A stretch of 64,000 nucleotides of DNA from Cyanidioschyzon merolae (Eukaryota), in NCBI GenBank assembly GCA_000091205.1, contig AP006502.2; one strand, written 5' to 3'. Made by a program: the position numbers and the translations under genes. The notes beneath the pieces are model-generated. The model searched no databases. It was not told the origin of the DNA and was given only the letters and a program-made list of their open reading frames with translations. Shown one piece after another: positions 22,697-34,380 of this stretch (within the stretch, counting starts at the first letter, position 1; every line of letters begins with the position of its first letter).

Positions 22697-25453
22697 ATGC
22701 TGGCAGAGGGCGTCACGAAAGGACTCACTGCCTCGGCGGTGGTGACGCTTGCCGAGTTTCGGCACTGTCTGCTGCAGGTCTTTCCAGCAGCGGAACGCCC
22801 GCAGCTGCTTGGCCTTGCTGTGGGCGTTGCCCCACGTGACTCGAAGAGTCTAGCTCTAGCGCTTTTAGGAAAAGCGTGGGCGCAGCAGCACGGTAAGCGT
22901 TTCGCAGCGATCTGGGTGCCCGAGGACGCCAACGAGGCCGAGGGATTCCAATGGTTCACACAGCTCGGTCGACTAGGCCTGGTTGTGGAGAAGGCAGCAG
23001 TCGCTATCCATGGACATCAATGGAGCAATGCTCGATCAGATTCGCTCTCGGTCTGTTCGTCTCCGGAACGACATGTGCAGGTACGAAAGATGCCAGTTCT
23101 GAACGCCTGCAAAGGTACGAAGGACGCGGAACGATTGCACGCCAAACCGGAAACCGATGAACCGGGGCGAGCGCACCCTGCCCAGGCGACTGCAGCTTCG
23201 GTGAGAGGACAGACGCCATCGGCTGCATTTGCAGGTCGTTTGCCCGCGTTAGACGAATACAGTGAACAAGGTGCATCCCGGAAGCTGCCCAGAGGAGCCC
23301 TGTGGGAGAGGCGACAACAACGCCTTCGCATTCTCTGCGCAGAAGCGCTTGAACGGGATCTAGGCTTGGTAGCCTTAGGACATTGTTTGGATGACCAGGT
23401 CTCTATTTTAGTGCATCGTATGCGCCACGGCGGCTTTCTCGATGGACTGAGTGCACTCGCGCCGGCCCAGGACCCGGTCGACCTACCGCTGCGGGTTCCG
23501 AGAATTGTTCGTCCATTTTGGCATCTATCCGAATTTCGACTCGTGGAGACGTGTCGAGCGGCAGGACTCGTTGAAGCGACTGGACGAGGGGACACTGCGG
23601 CTGTAGTCGTTTACAATGCTTCTGGACTGCGTGCTGCACGTAGCAAGGAAACCTCGGGTCCGTCTCGAGTTGGTAGCCCCGAGAGTACGCGCCCGATATC
23701 TGCGGAGACCTTTGCCGACCCAGCAATCGAGATGTTTCGTGCGCGGAACGCTGCCTCGAATGAACCTGTATCAACAACAACGGATAACTGTTGCGCCTCT
23801 CAAGGTCGTCCGGAGGCTACTTCAATCAAGCCTACCACTTCCTCCCCAAGTGATGTGCAACGCTCACCTGTTGCAGCGCTCATGGGCACTGCGTGTAGCG
23901 CTCCAGCGCCTGTGAATATCGAGCCGATCGAGAATGCCCGCACGAAAGGCGCAGCAGTAGCGTTGTCTGGTAGCTCGCGGCAGGTCGTTGCTGCGGCACC
24001 TGCAGCAGCGCATCCTGCATCGGAGAGTTCGGTACTGGACGAGCACGCCACCGCTTCAAGGCACCTGTACTTGGCGCCAGTGATCAAGGCACTGCGGAAA
24101 CATGAGCAGCTTTTGGATGAAGAAGCCGACCAGCTCCTCCTACAATGCGTCGAATTTTCCTCACCTCTGGGGTACCTGGTGATTCGGCCCGCAAAGCTGG
24201 CAGAGCACGCCCTCACCAAGGCAGTTGGGTTGCGCGCTCTACTGCGTATTCTCCAGTACGTGGGTGCGCACCAGCGTGCCAATCGCACGGAGGCGCTGGA
24301 GCGGCTCTACGAGGACATCACAGCACCCGCTACCAAGATGAGTGGACGCACCCTCATGGGATGTCTGCTGAAACCCCAGAACTCGCTCAACCGCATTGGG
24401 GCTTTTTTGCACAAGGTACGATGGCGGCAATCAACAGCAGGAATTCCAGATCAGCTGGGTGCCTTGCAGGCCGATCAAACATTTTATCTGAAACAGGCAG
24501 CTGATGCACACGAGGGCAAGGACCCGTCTCTGCAGTACTGGCATGAGGCTTGTGGTAATCATAGCGACCTCGCTGGAGAAGCGGGCGATGCGGAGCACCC
24601 GAGCGACGCCTTGGGGGCAGCGACGCATGCCAGCACACCTGCTGCACTGCGGAAACACCGAGGTCGCGCTGAGAAGAGCCACATGAATGCGCGTGTTCGC
24701 GAGCAGCACGACCAGAGTCGGTGCCGCTTCGTCACCAAAGCGGCAGATGCTAGCGATCCCGCCTCAAATAACAAACTAGGCTGGTATCCGCGATTCGTTG
24801 TTTGCCGAGAGCCCGCCTCTAGTGCTGGGCGTTCATACGAGTGGATGCCGTTGGGTCGATGCATTCTCTGGGATCGGCGGTTCATCATACGAATCGAGCG
24901 TCACGAAGCTAGTCATAGTGGCACAACGAGGGGCAAATCCTCTCCGCAAACCCCTCCTGACGTTTTGACCGGATTCGAGGGATCGTTCTCGGTGGAGAAG
25001 AAGAAGCAGGCGGACGTCTGTGAGGTCTATTCGCTCGCCACAGAGGCGCTGCGAACGACGATTTCGACGAGTGCCACTGGCGGTTGGGGCGCAGCAGACC
25101 AGGTCGGCAACCTGGCTCCAGCTGCGCTGCCCCCAGCATCCGAACGTGGCAAGCACTGGTTCCGTGTTCGACAGATGACGCTGCACGACTGGACGCAGGT
25201 GACAGCGTGGCGTCCCCGGTTGAAATGGACCTTTGTGCCGTACGTTTGTCGCTTAGCATTGCCGGTGTTTGACGATGGACGAAACCTCATCGCCGTACCG
25301 CATTTTGGCTTCAATCGTCGACCGGATCTGCGATTTACCGTCCTGTTCGCAACTGCGAATCGTACGCTCCCTCCCGAGCTTGATCGTACCATCGGGCAGG
25401 GCATTGGTGCAGAGTCACTGCTTGTCGACGAGAATCCTGGGCATGGCTTCTGA
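22697..25453 (+). CDS. hypothetical protein (918-aa uninterrupted ORF, Ala/Arg/Leu/Ser-rich, no recognisable domain)
   Basis: A 918-codon stop-free frame this long is very unlikely by chance even at this GC content. The opposite strand has only short ORFs here. I could not recognise any motif. Confidence 0.4.
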   Translation: MLAEGVTKGLTASAVVTLAEFRHCLLQVFPAAERPQLLGLAVGVAPRDSKSLALALLGKAWAQQHGKRFAAIWVPEDANEAEGFQWFTQLGRLGLVVEKAAVAIHGHQWSNARSDSLSVCSSPERHVQVRKMPVLNACKGTKDAERLHAKPETDEPGRAHPAQATAASVRGQTPSAAFAGRLPALDEYSEQGASRKLPRGALWERRQQRLRILCAEALERDLGLVALGHCLDDQVSILVHRMRHGGFLDGLSALAPAQDPVDLPLRVPRIVRPFWHLSEFRLVETCRAAGLVEATGRGDTAAVVVYNASGLRAARSKETSGPSRVGSPESTRPISAETFADPAIEMFRARNAASNEPVSTTTDNCCASQGRPEATSIKPTTSSPSDVQRSPVAALMGTACSAPAPVNIEPIENARTKGAAVALSGSSRQVVAAAPAAAHPASESSVLDEHATASRHLYLAPVIKALRKHEQLLDEEADQLLLQCVEFSSPLGYLVIRPAKLAEHALTKAVGLRALLRILQYVGAHQRANRTEALERLYEDITAPATKMSGRTLMGCLLKPQNSLNRIGAFLHKVRWRQSTAGIPDQLGALQADQTFYLKQAADAHEGKDPSLQYWHEACGNHSDLAGEAGDAEHPSDALGAATHASTPAALRKHRGRAEKSHMNARVREQHDQSRCRFVTKAADASDPASNNKLGWYPRFVVCREPASSAGRSYEWMPLGRCILWDRRFIIRIERHEASHSGTTRGKSSPQTPPDVLTGFEGSFSVEKKKQADVCEVYSLATEALRTTISTSATGGWGAADQVGNLAPAALPPASERGKHWFRVRQMTLHDWTQVTAWRPRLKWTFVPYVCRLALPVFDDGRNLIAVPHFGFNRRPDLRFTVLFATANRTLPPELDRTIGQGIGAESLLVDENPGHGF

Positions 25454-27467
25454 AAGCGATCATCTCGGTGCCGGTTGTTTACGGATGTAGAATTCGGAGA
25501 GAGCGCGAGGAGCTCAGCGTTAACCGCGATTCTGGATAGCTCTCGAAGCTACGCATCTCACAAAGAGTTTTCCGTGGAAGTAAACCGACGGTTGCGAGTT
25601 TCCCAGTAAGAAATGGTGCTTGGAACAGTCGACTCGTTCGCAGGGCACGCTGGCGGTGAAGCGTATCTGAACGTTGCGACCGATTAGCCGCAATGTTATA
25701 TCGTAAAAGACTGAAACGGAAACCGAGTGGCGAATGCGAACTCCGACAGGTAGCTCTCGAATGCGTATGTTTGTATATCCAGTTCAGAATAAAACGGAAT
25801 GGGTCTCTGTATCGGATCGGTATGTACATGCTAAAATTGTGGTCGCTTCTCCGTGCTATCAGCACCAGACGTTGAGAGGTTTCTCTCTGGCTGCTCCATT
25901 GTCTTTTGCCTCCTGTATCCGGCTTTCAATCCGACTGTCTCTCCTGCGCCTCCATTTTCGGTTTCATCCGTCGAAGGTTGTCGATGGTGGTGTTCAAGTC
26001 CTGATTCCGCAGCTTTAGGCTCCTGTCAGGCATTTGATGCACAGGCGCAAGTTGCGATCGTTGCTTCACTTCCCGTGCTCATCTTGTTTATACGCAGCGT
26101 CTTTAAGCCCTTCGCACCGCTTTCATGATTATTCTCAGGCGCCCTGCATGTATCCAGAACTTTAACTCATCAGGGATGCTGCGCGGTGGAGCGTGAACAC
26201 ACGCCACTTCGCTCAGTGCATGCCCTTGACGGGAGCGGATGATACCGTGGAATTCCTTTGCTCGGTTTCGGCGCCTGGAGCCTTCGACTTCCAAAACGCA
26301 CTTTTTCTGAACGCTTTCCTGAACGAGTACTGAATCCGCTGGACAAGCAAGTCCAAGATGTTCCATTCGATCGTGGATTTCCGGAGCGCAATGCTTCCCA
26401 GGATGACTCAGGAGCCAGAGAGACCGTTGAGGCTGCAATACATGTCGAGAAACGCCGACCCGTCTAGGCTCCCTTCATGCACAGCGGTGACGCATGCCGC
26501 AGTCGAAGCTATCGCTGTGATAACGCAAGCCCGATTCCAAGACCCTTTCTCCCGTGCAATCAGAAGAGACGGGTCCCTTTGGTACCATATCGAATGAGAG
26601 GTACCATGCCGATTTGGAATTCGGTTTCACCAGTTGCCATACGGGAGACGTGGATTCGTCTGTGGAACGGGGCATCGATTATTTGACGTGACAAGCACAG
26701 TGAACACCCGGCATGCGCTTGTGAACAAGTCATCACGGGCGGCGTGGCGTATGTTTCCTCGTGCATCCACTGGAGAGCATTGCTGCGCCCATGAGCTTCC
26801 TTGAAACAGAGAGATCCAAATCTTGAAGCAAGCGAGATTTCAGTACGCGACACATAACGAATGGAGAAGCGTGGAGATTTGTCCATATGCGTTGGATTCT
26901 GATAACGCATATTTTACGAAAGCTTGTTCGTAGGCGAGATGGATCATCCAGGTTGCTGTATTCTAACGAATTCCGGGTAAGGGAATCCAGGGATGCACTC
27001 CAGGAAAACAACATATGAATCCGTTAGCTTTTGTTGCTGGATTCCGAATGTTGACGTTGTACATGTGAACGAATGTCGAAGAGTCGCAAGTCAAGAGCAG
27101 AGCGAGCACTGAAGCGTCCCGTTTTTATCGGACACTAGTGCGGACAAAGCTTCTACTTCTCAACAATTGCTGCGCTTTTTCGATCGATAACCCAAGCAAC
27201 TCGATGGTTTACAGGTACTTGGTCGTGGTCTGGCTCCCGGCCCCCGGTAGAGAGTGACGCTCACCAAACAATACGCTAACGTGCTGCGCATGTTCAGCTG
27301 ACGAGACGGCTTTTACGACATGATCTGTGATCTAATGTCTATGCGATACTCCGATGCGCATCCTCTACGCCGCTGCACCAACAGGGAAAGCAGGCTCGCG
27401 TCTCAGCAACACACACAGCTCCAGTTCAGAAAGCGACAAGCCTCATGTCGCATAGCGTGCAATTGGC

Positions 27468-28529
27468 TCAGCCCCGAAACCGATTCTTTCGCTCCCGCAG
27501 CTCCGTCATCCACTGGGCGTCCGCTGCACGCAAGAAGACATTCCATTGCTGTTCGCCGCCAACAGTAGAGGGAATCGTCGCCTTGTTTTCTGCTCGCAGC
27601 CGCTCCGCCTCCTTGAGCTTGTTTCGGATGGACTCGTTGTTTGGTTCTACCGTCAGAGCGAATGCGAGATTCGCCACCGTGTACTCGTGGCCGCAAAATA
27701 CGTAGGTCTCTGGTGGTAAGGCTTTCAGTTTCTGCATAGCCTGCAACATATGAGCACCAGTTCCTTCGAAAAATCTACCGCATCCGCCGATAAACAACGT
27801 ATCGCCAGTGAACACTAGACCTGGAGCATCGCGTGGCGCTTCCGTATCCCGAACGTAGTAACAGACATGACCCCGGGTGTGGCATGGTGTCGCCAGAACC
27901 TTCACTTGCAGACGGCTCTGCGCGATGCGAAACTCATCCCCGTCGTGAACCGGCACCGTGCAGGCAGGGATTTCATCAGTCGCGCTACCGTAGATGACAA
28001 GACCTGGAAAACGACGAGCAAGCTCGCTGTTTCCTCCAGCGTGATCCCAGTGCTTGTGCGTGGTCAGCACGTGAGTGGGCTGTCGAACCGCGAGGCGCGC
28101 GTGAAGCTGTTCGAGGAACGTGTCTGGGTCTGCCGGATCGACTGCCACAATAACACGGCTGGGTCCGTGCTGGCTCTCGTCCAGAAGAACGTAACTGTAG
28201 TTATCTTGAAAGAGCGGGAACGCCTCGACCCTCAGACAGGTTCCAGGTATACGCACGCTGGTATCCGCGACTTTCCACGTATTGAGCATGGAGATAGGGA
28301 GACTCGACGCTCGCCGAGTTGGTCGGAGTACTGCTTCCGACGGTTTACCGCCGCACTCTGGAAAAACGTGACGACCGGGACGAGCAAGAGCAACCGGGCG
28401 CTGTTCACAACAAACCAAAGCGCTGTGGTGATACCGCGAACGCAGCACACGGTTGCACTGAGAACTCAGTGTAACGAAACGATGTTCGTGCCTAGTTGCG
28501 GGTATCCAGGACAGGCACAGGAAGCGCAT
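27468..28529 (-). CDS. hydroxyacylglutathione hydrolase (glyoxalase II) with ~95-aa N-terminal extension
   Basis: The metallo-beta-lactamase motif 'THKHWDHAGGN' is present. Glyoxalase-II specific blocks 'HTRGHVCYYV' and 'FTGDTLFIGGCGRFFEGTGAHMLQAM...PPETYVFCGHEYTVANLAFALTVEP' align closely with HAGH/GloB. Confidence 0.88.
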   Translation of the reverse strand: MRFLCLSWIPATRHEHRFVTLSSQCNRVLRSRYHHSALVCCEQRPVALARPGRHVFPECGGKPSEAVLRPTRRASSLPISMLNTWKVADTSVRIPGTCLRVEAFPLFQDNYSYVLLDESQHGPSRVIVAVDPADPDTFLEQLHARLAVRQPTHVLTTHKHWDHAGGNSELARRFPGLVIYGSATDEIPACTVPVHDGDEFRIAQSRLQVKVLATPCHTRGHVCYYVRDTEAPRDAPGLVFTGDTLFIGGCGRFFEGTGAHMLQAMQKLKALPPETYVFCGHEYTVANLAFALTVEPNNESIRNKLKEAERLRAENKATIPSTVGGEQQWNVFLRAADAQWMTELRERKNRFRG

Positions 28530-30006
28530 GTACGCCGCACTGACTGCTGATCAAAACGCCTCACCCAGTGCGCTTCGACGCAGCTGCCACAGACAGAGCC
28601 GCAAGCAAACAACGCAGACGATACTTCCAGTTCAGAGAGCGGGTCAAAGACAAGTCGTACCGGATAGACGCCGGTTTTCGGAGCGGAGTGCACAATGAGA
28701 CTCCGGGTTGCCCCAAGTGCTGGTAGGGAAACAGGTGCGGCGCCCGTCCTTTCGGGGAAAAACTGCACCCTCGACGAGTGAGAAACGCCCAGTACGTTCC
28801 GAACTGCTGCTAGGCGTTTTCGAGTTTTTGACGCTTTGGAACCTACGCCCGAACAGAGCTCTGCAACACGTTGACAACGTAGACGCTGAACGTATCGAGA
28901 TACGGAGCGTTTCTCCGCAAACTGCCAGAAGCGCTTGCCCAAGGCCGGTGCGTAGCCGTCGGTGCGCATCGCGCTGGCCACGCGGCTGGTGTACCTTTCG
29001 TGGAAGCGTTTTGCCAACGACCAAAAAAATGCGTTTGTGTTTGCTTGTTTTATTTTGGGGATGAAATAGAGTATGTTGAATTTCATGAAATTTACGTGTC
29101 GCTTATGTAGGTAAAGTATCAGTTACTGTTACCCCGGCTCGTGCGATGATACGACTTCGTTCTGAGTCAGGGCCCCCGAATATTGTACCGATTTTTTGAG
29201 TGACAGCATTTGTCTCCATATACCGACATCTGCATGGAATGATGGGCTTGATCGGGTGTGGATCAAGATAGTCGCAGACCGGGGCAAGCGCTCCGCTTTA
29301 CAGGCGCCGGAGAGCTCGGAAGCGCATACCACTGAACCACGGCACCCTTGCTCCATGTTTGGTGCTCGAGCGCGCTTTCTGTATACTTCGACGATTGACG
29401 AGCGCGACGGTGCAACCGGTATCGGAGAGTCAAAGTCTGAAAAGCGAAGACCCTGTAACCTACGTTATAGTTCACAAGTTGAGGTTCGCGACATCCAGTA
29501 ACGGAGCTGGAACCCCATCGTCGTGCACTCTACACTTGACGAGAACGAAACGATGCTTCTACCGCTACATCCTGTGCATGTTCGCGAGTCATCCGCGGTG
29601 ACGACCTGCACAGTGACGCTTCACGCGCGCGCCCTCGAAGAGCATCGCGAGAACTGATCATCAGTTGCAGGAGTAATGTCTGAGAGAATAACACAAAGTC
29701 GAGACTTTTGTTGGACGCGCCCGGTGATACGCTTCTCTCAGTACACCGTTACTCTGAAGATGCATTTTGAAGGGGTCGGAAACCAGCACAGGGAAGATAA
29801 AGATCCGTTTCAATCAGAGAATTGTAGCCTTTTGCAGCTTCGGCTCAGGCGCTTCTTTTGAGGCTGCCGCTGGAACGCGCTGTGGAGGCATCACAGCGCG
29901 TTCCAGCGGCAGCATCCCGACCGGCTCCATATTGCCACGCAGGCATATATCCAATGGTTGCACGTTTACTGAACTTCGGATGTCACAAGCGTGAGCGCCG
30001 CTGGAC

Positions 30007-30660
30007 TTGACTTTTGGTGTGCGAGGATTGCGTCACGAGTTGATGCAAGCGGTGCGACTGATCCAACGTACTTTTTGCGGCGTGCTGCAGAGACCGGCTG
30101 CGCTGTTATGCGCTCCTGCAACGCTCCGCCCGGTCAGCAAGCCGCTGCTCGTGCAAGGCACCTGGACACTGCCGACCAAGTCGGATGTTTACCAGACCGC
30201 GTTGGCGAAGCTGTACGCTGCCCGCGTGTGGGCAACGATACCACGGGCGTGGTACGCAACAAGCGTGGACAGCGACGAGAAGACGCTGGAGCGACTGCGG
30301 GAGCGGCAGGCGGTATTGGAAGGTGCTCGCGTCGAGCTCAACGAAGCCGACCTCGAGGAGACCTTTGTGAAAGGCGGCGGCCCTGGTGGCCAGAAAGTGA
30401 ACAAGACATCTTCGTGTGTAATACTGCGACATACTCCTACTGGAATAGTCATTCGCTGTCAAGCGTTTCGGTCCCAGTTCCAGAATAGACAGGAGGCCCG
30501 CCGCCTTCTCGCGCGAAAACTCGATCTGCAGCTGCGGGGAGAGGCTTCCCAGGTTTCTCAGGAAATCGCCCGCATACGTGCAAGAAAGCGGAAACGGCAG
30601 CAACGGGTCATGAAAAAATATTTCAAGAGTCGGTCCGATCAAGCTCGACTTGATTCGTGA
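30007..30660 (+). CDS. peptidyl-tRNA hydrolase, class-I release factor (RF-1) domain protein, ICT1/C12orf65-like
   Basis: GGQ motif in 'FVKGGGPGGQKVNKTSSCVILRHTPTGIVIRCQAFRSQFQNRQEARRLL'. It has a basic C-terminal tail and is short at 217 aa, so it lacks codon-recognition domains. Confidence 0.85.
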   Translation: MTFGVRGLRHELMQAVRLIQRTFCGVLQRPAALLCAPATLRPVSKPLLVQGTWTLPTKSDVYQTALAKLYAARVWATIPRAWYATSVDSDEKTLERLRERQAVLEGARVELNEADLEETFVKGGGPGGQKVNKTSSCVILRHTPTGIVIRCQAFRSQFQNRQEARRLLARKLDLQLRGEASQVSQEIARIRARKRKRQQRVMKKYFKSRSDQARLDS

Positions 30661-31786
30661 AAGTCGTTGGCTGGCGCTTGAGAGGAACCGCGCTCGGCGG
30701 AAGGCTTTTGCTCGTTTTTGTGGCGAGCATTGACAGCGATGGGACATTTGCTGGTTTTTTCACACGGATACTTTCGTTTTCCTGTGCCCGGCGCTAGTTG
30801 TCGCAGCAGGTCCTGAGGCCCCTGCGACGGGACGTACTGGAGAATGCGCAAGCGCCTTGAGAACAGTTTGGTGCGTTGGCGAAGCGCAGGCTTTCAGAGA
30901 TGTCGGTATGGAATGCCCAGCACCACGGAGATGTAATGGTCTCAACATGTCACCTTTTCTGGTAGAGAGAGGGTATACGATGTGAGGTCACAGTATATGG
31001 AGCAAATTTGACGCTCCGGAAAACCCGCATTTTCGACCCCGAAGAACCGAGCGATAGACACTCCACAGCTCAGTGTCGAGACGATTCCGAGACTGTTCTG
31101 GATCTTTATGGCTTTGCCCCTAGACCATCACGGTTATCATTGCAGAGTGAGACGCGATCGAGTTCGGTAATAGGGCGACGTCTTCACTGCGATTGTAGGT
31201 CAGTGCGACCATGAGCCTAAATCACCATCACCATCATCATCTTCTTCTTCCTCGCTATCGTTGTCGAGCGAGGCGCAATGGTGCTCGTCGCTCGCCACTG
31301 GATATCGAAGTATCTCTTCAGCAACAGTCGAACCGCGGGTGTTGCTGGCATACTGCTGGCTCATTGGCGAACACGCCGACAGAGAAATGCACCCGTGAAC
31401 CGTTTACCATGGAGCCCTTCGACTGAGTGCAGTGCTTTCCAGCGGTATGCGTGTATCCTCATCGCACATTACCCTTTCGTTTATTCTCATACTTTACCGT
31501 GTATGAAGCCTACGAGATGCTTGCGATCATGCTCACCGGCTTTATCACCATATGGTCGATGGAACCCGACCCCGAAATCGCTGCCGCTCAAGGAAACCTG
31601 CCAGGGCAGAGATCGCGCTGCGTCTGTCGATGCAGCAGCCGACTTTGCGGCCTGGGACATTGCGTGCGCATGGGAAGGTATGTATATTTTTATCCATAAA
31701 AATACATCAATGTTCCGTACGATGGGGCTCAAGCGGAGACGCGCGGAGCGCCGCCCGAAAGACGCCTTCAGTTCGTATCGGTTGTT

Positions 31787-33937
31787 GTGTGCGAGAGCGC
31801 GTGGCTCCGTTTCCCCATGGAGCGGAACGGAAGCTATACACACCAGCGTGCTCACTCAGAACGAAACTTTTCCAGCGATGACGAGGGACCCGTTCAGAAC
31901 GAGTCAGTTCCGCCGCCCAGTGCCTACAGCACCGTCGAAGTTGTGAGCGAGCGCAACGCTGACGAGCGGCGCCTCTACTTCACCCTCCACGATCACGGCT
32001 TTATAAGTGCGCTCCACGACATACCGCTCTACGTTGACCGAGAGAAGGGTATTTTAAATATGGTCGTTGAAATACCCCGCTGGACGAATGCCAAGTTTGA
32101 GCTGCGGACGCGACTTCCCTTGGCGCCTATCATGCAAGACGAGAAGAAGGGAAAGTTACGGTTTGTGCAGAACGTCTACCCATACAAAGGGTATATCTGG
32201 AACTATGGATGCTTTCCGCAGACATGGGAGGATCCAGAGCAAGTCCATATGGAGACGGGTGCCCTTGGTGATGGCGACCCGCTCGATGTCTGTGAGATCG
32301 GCCAGCATATCGCACAGATCGGTTCGATCAAGCAGGTGAAGGTGCTCGGCGTGCTGGGTATGATCGACGAGGGAGAAATGGATTGGAAAGTTCTGGTGAT
32401 GGATGTGCGAGACCCCAACGCCGACAACTTGAATGATGTTGACGATTTGTATCGCACAATTCCTGGTTTGGTGCACGCTACGTTTTCCTGGTTCCGCACA
32501 TACAAGGTGCCCGATGGCAAGGAGGAGAATAAGTTTGCTTTTCGCGAACGCGTACAGAGCCGCCAATACGCCCTTGAAATTGTCGAGGAGTGCCACAGAA
32601 GCTGGCAGCGACTTGTGTACGGAAAGGTGAAACACAGCAACCACCACTGTTCGAATACAACGCTGACTGATACACCACTCTACATGCCACCTGAAGAGGC
32701 AGCGTCCGTGGTCGAGCAGGTTCGCACGGAACTGAGCGCAACCACCGAGAACACCGGGGATGCGGGAATGAAACATGGTGCTCTTGCGACACGATCTCTG
32801 CGACCACTTCATCGTGAGGCCTCGATCAGTCAGCTGGAAAAATTCCACATGCCTGATTTCGCCCAGGAACTCACCAACGAATTCAATCAGCACGAGCGGT
32901 CTCTCTTCCAGGCGCCTTCGGAGACGATCAAGCACTTTCTGACGGAGCAACAGCGACAATATCCACACGGTAGTTCAGAGCTCTCGCTCCTCATCACCGA
33001 ATATGGAACAGCAGCGAAGATCATCGCCTCGAACATCCGCGATCAACCGGAGGCACCATTTGAGTACATGCGACAAAACGCCGATCGACAGCTGCATACC
33101 GCGCTGGCGACTTCAGGCTTCTGTTGCATGATCTATTCAGCGCAAACCGGGCAAATGATGCCCTTGGACCTGGACGCTGGCATTGGCAACTATGTCGTGG
33201 TCTACACTGCACTCGTTGGTGAAGTCGGCGGCACGCTGGGCAGCCTTTTTTCAGTTTATTATCGCAAATCTTACTCGGGTCGCGAGGGAGATACTGCTGA
33301 TCTGTTGCAGCGAATTGGATACGAGCAGGTAGCAGCTGGGTATGCACTGTACTCTTCGTCTGTGCATCTGGTGATTAGCACAGGTCTTGGCGCGCATATC
33401 TTCTTTCTGGATGATATCAGCGGGCACTTTGTACTGCGACAGAAGTTTGTGCAGATTCCACCCCGAGGTCGTGTCTATTCAGTAGACATATCGAGTTTAC
33501 CAAAAGCGATTGAGGGCGTGCGCCGCTATCTCGCCCAGCTGGAGTCCTCGAATGCGTCCCGTGAAACGAAACATACAGCGCTGATGGACGGACCAGCACC
33601 TGGCAAAATCTTTCGTTACGAACACAATGTGGTGGGCAATTTTCACCGGATTCTGCGGCACGGTGGTATCTTGCTGATGCCGGGACCACGGACCAACGCT
33701 TTGGCAGACTTTTTGGGTGTTGCGGCGCCGCTTGCGTTCTTGGCGCGTCAAGCAGGCGGCAAAGCGAGTGTGGGTAAGCGCCCAGTCTTGGAGCTGAGTG
33801 CCTGGACCCTGGATATGCGCGTTCCGCTCTTCATTGGCAGTATGAGCGATGTGAGTGATCTGGAGGTGTGCATTCTCGGACATCCGGTTCCGGAACGCTC
33901 CATCGTTACCGCTTCAGAGACTGTCTCATATACGTGA
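31787..33937 (+). CDS. fusion protein: family-I soluble inorganic pyrophosphatase (N-terminal) + fructose-1,6-bisphosphatase-like domain (C-terminal)
   Basis: PPase signature 'GDGDPLDVCEIG' and 'ILNMVVEIPRWTNAKFEL...KVLGVLGMIDEGEMDWKVLVMDVRDP'. The C-terminal 'GKIFRYEHN...LARQAGGKASVGKRPVLELSAWTLDMRVPLFIGSMSDVSDLEVCI' matches the FBPase C-terminal consensus (GKLRLLYE.NP....EKAGG.A..G...vLd..P..iH.R.P...GS..dV). The single ORF is 716 aa. Confidence 0.8.
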   Translation: MCESAWLRFPMERNGSYTHQRAHSERNFSSDDEGPVQNESVPPPSAYSTVEVVSERNADERRLYFTLHDHGFISALHDIPLYVDREKGILNMVVEIPRWTNAKFELRTRLPLAPIMQDEKKGKLRFVQNVYPYKGYIWNYGCFPQTWEDPEQVHMETGALGDGDPLDVCEIGQHIAQIGSIKQVKVLGVLGMIDEGEMDWKVLVMDVRDPNADNLNDVDDLYRTIPGLVHATFSWFRTYKVPDGKEENKFAFRERVQSRQYALEIVEECHRSWQRLVYGKVKHSNHHCSNTTLTDTPLYMPPEEAASVVEQVRTELSATTENTGDAGMKHGALATRSLRPLHREASISQLEKFHMPDFAQELTNEFNQHERSLFQAPSETIKHFLTEQQRQYPHGSSELSLLITEYGTAAKIIASNIRDQPEAPFEYMRQNADRQLHTALATSGFCCMIYSAQTGQMMPLDLDAGIGNYVVVYTALVGEVGGTLGSLFSVYYRKSYSGREGDTADLLQRIGYEQVAAGYALYSSSVHLVISTGLGAHIFFLDDISGHFVLRQKFVQIPPRGRVYSVDISSLPKAIEGVRRYLAQLESSNASRETKHTALMDGPAPGKIFRYEHNVVGNFHRILRHGGILLMPGPRTNALADFLGVAAPLAFLARQAGGKASVGKRPVLELSAWTLDMRVPLFIGSMSDVSDLEVCILGHPVPERSIVTASETVSYT

Positions 33938-34380
33938 AGCGTCGTAAACGAACTTTGCATCCAAGCAACGCGTGCGCACATCATGATCGATTCGGTATAG
34001 GAGCGTGAGAGAAACCACAAAACACTTTTGGACGGCAGCGCGTGTGGACGAGTCTTGTCAGCGCTTATCCAATGGTTCAGTGGATTCATCTGTGGAAGCA
34101 CACGATCCAGAAACGATTCGCCGCGGCGAAGTGCTCGCTGACCTCGCATTTGACAAAGCAATTTCGTCTTTTCTTTGAATCCAATACGCAATGTTTACGA
34201 GCCGTGCAATGATCCGAATGGCAACACCAACGGCGCCTCGGCGGTAGACGCAGTTGGCAGAGATCTCGTCACGAATGCGTCGCTGCACGCTCGTAGCCCG
34301 GGATATCGTGGCACTTGTCGTTGTCTCTCGAGGTGCCCGGAGATCGAAAGTGTCCACCATGACGAAACACTGGGTTGCAT

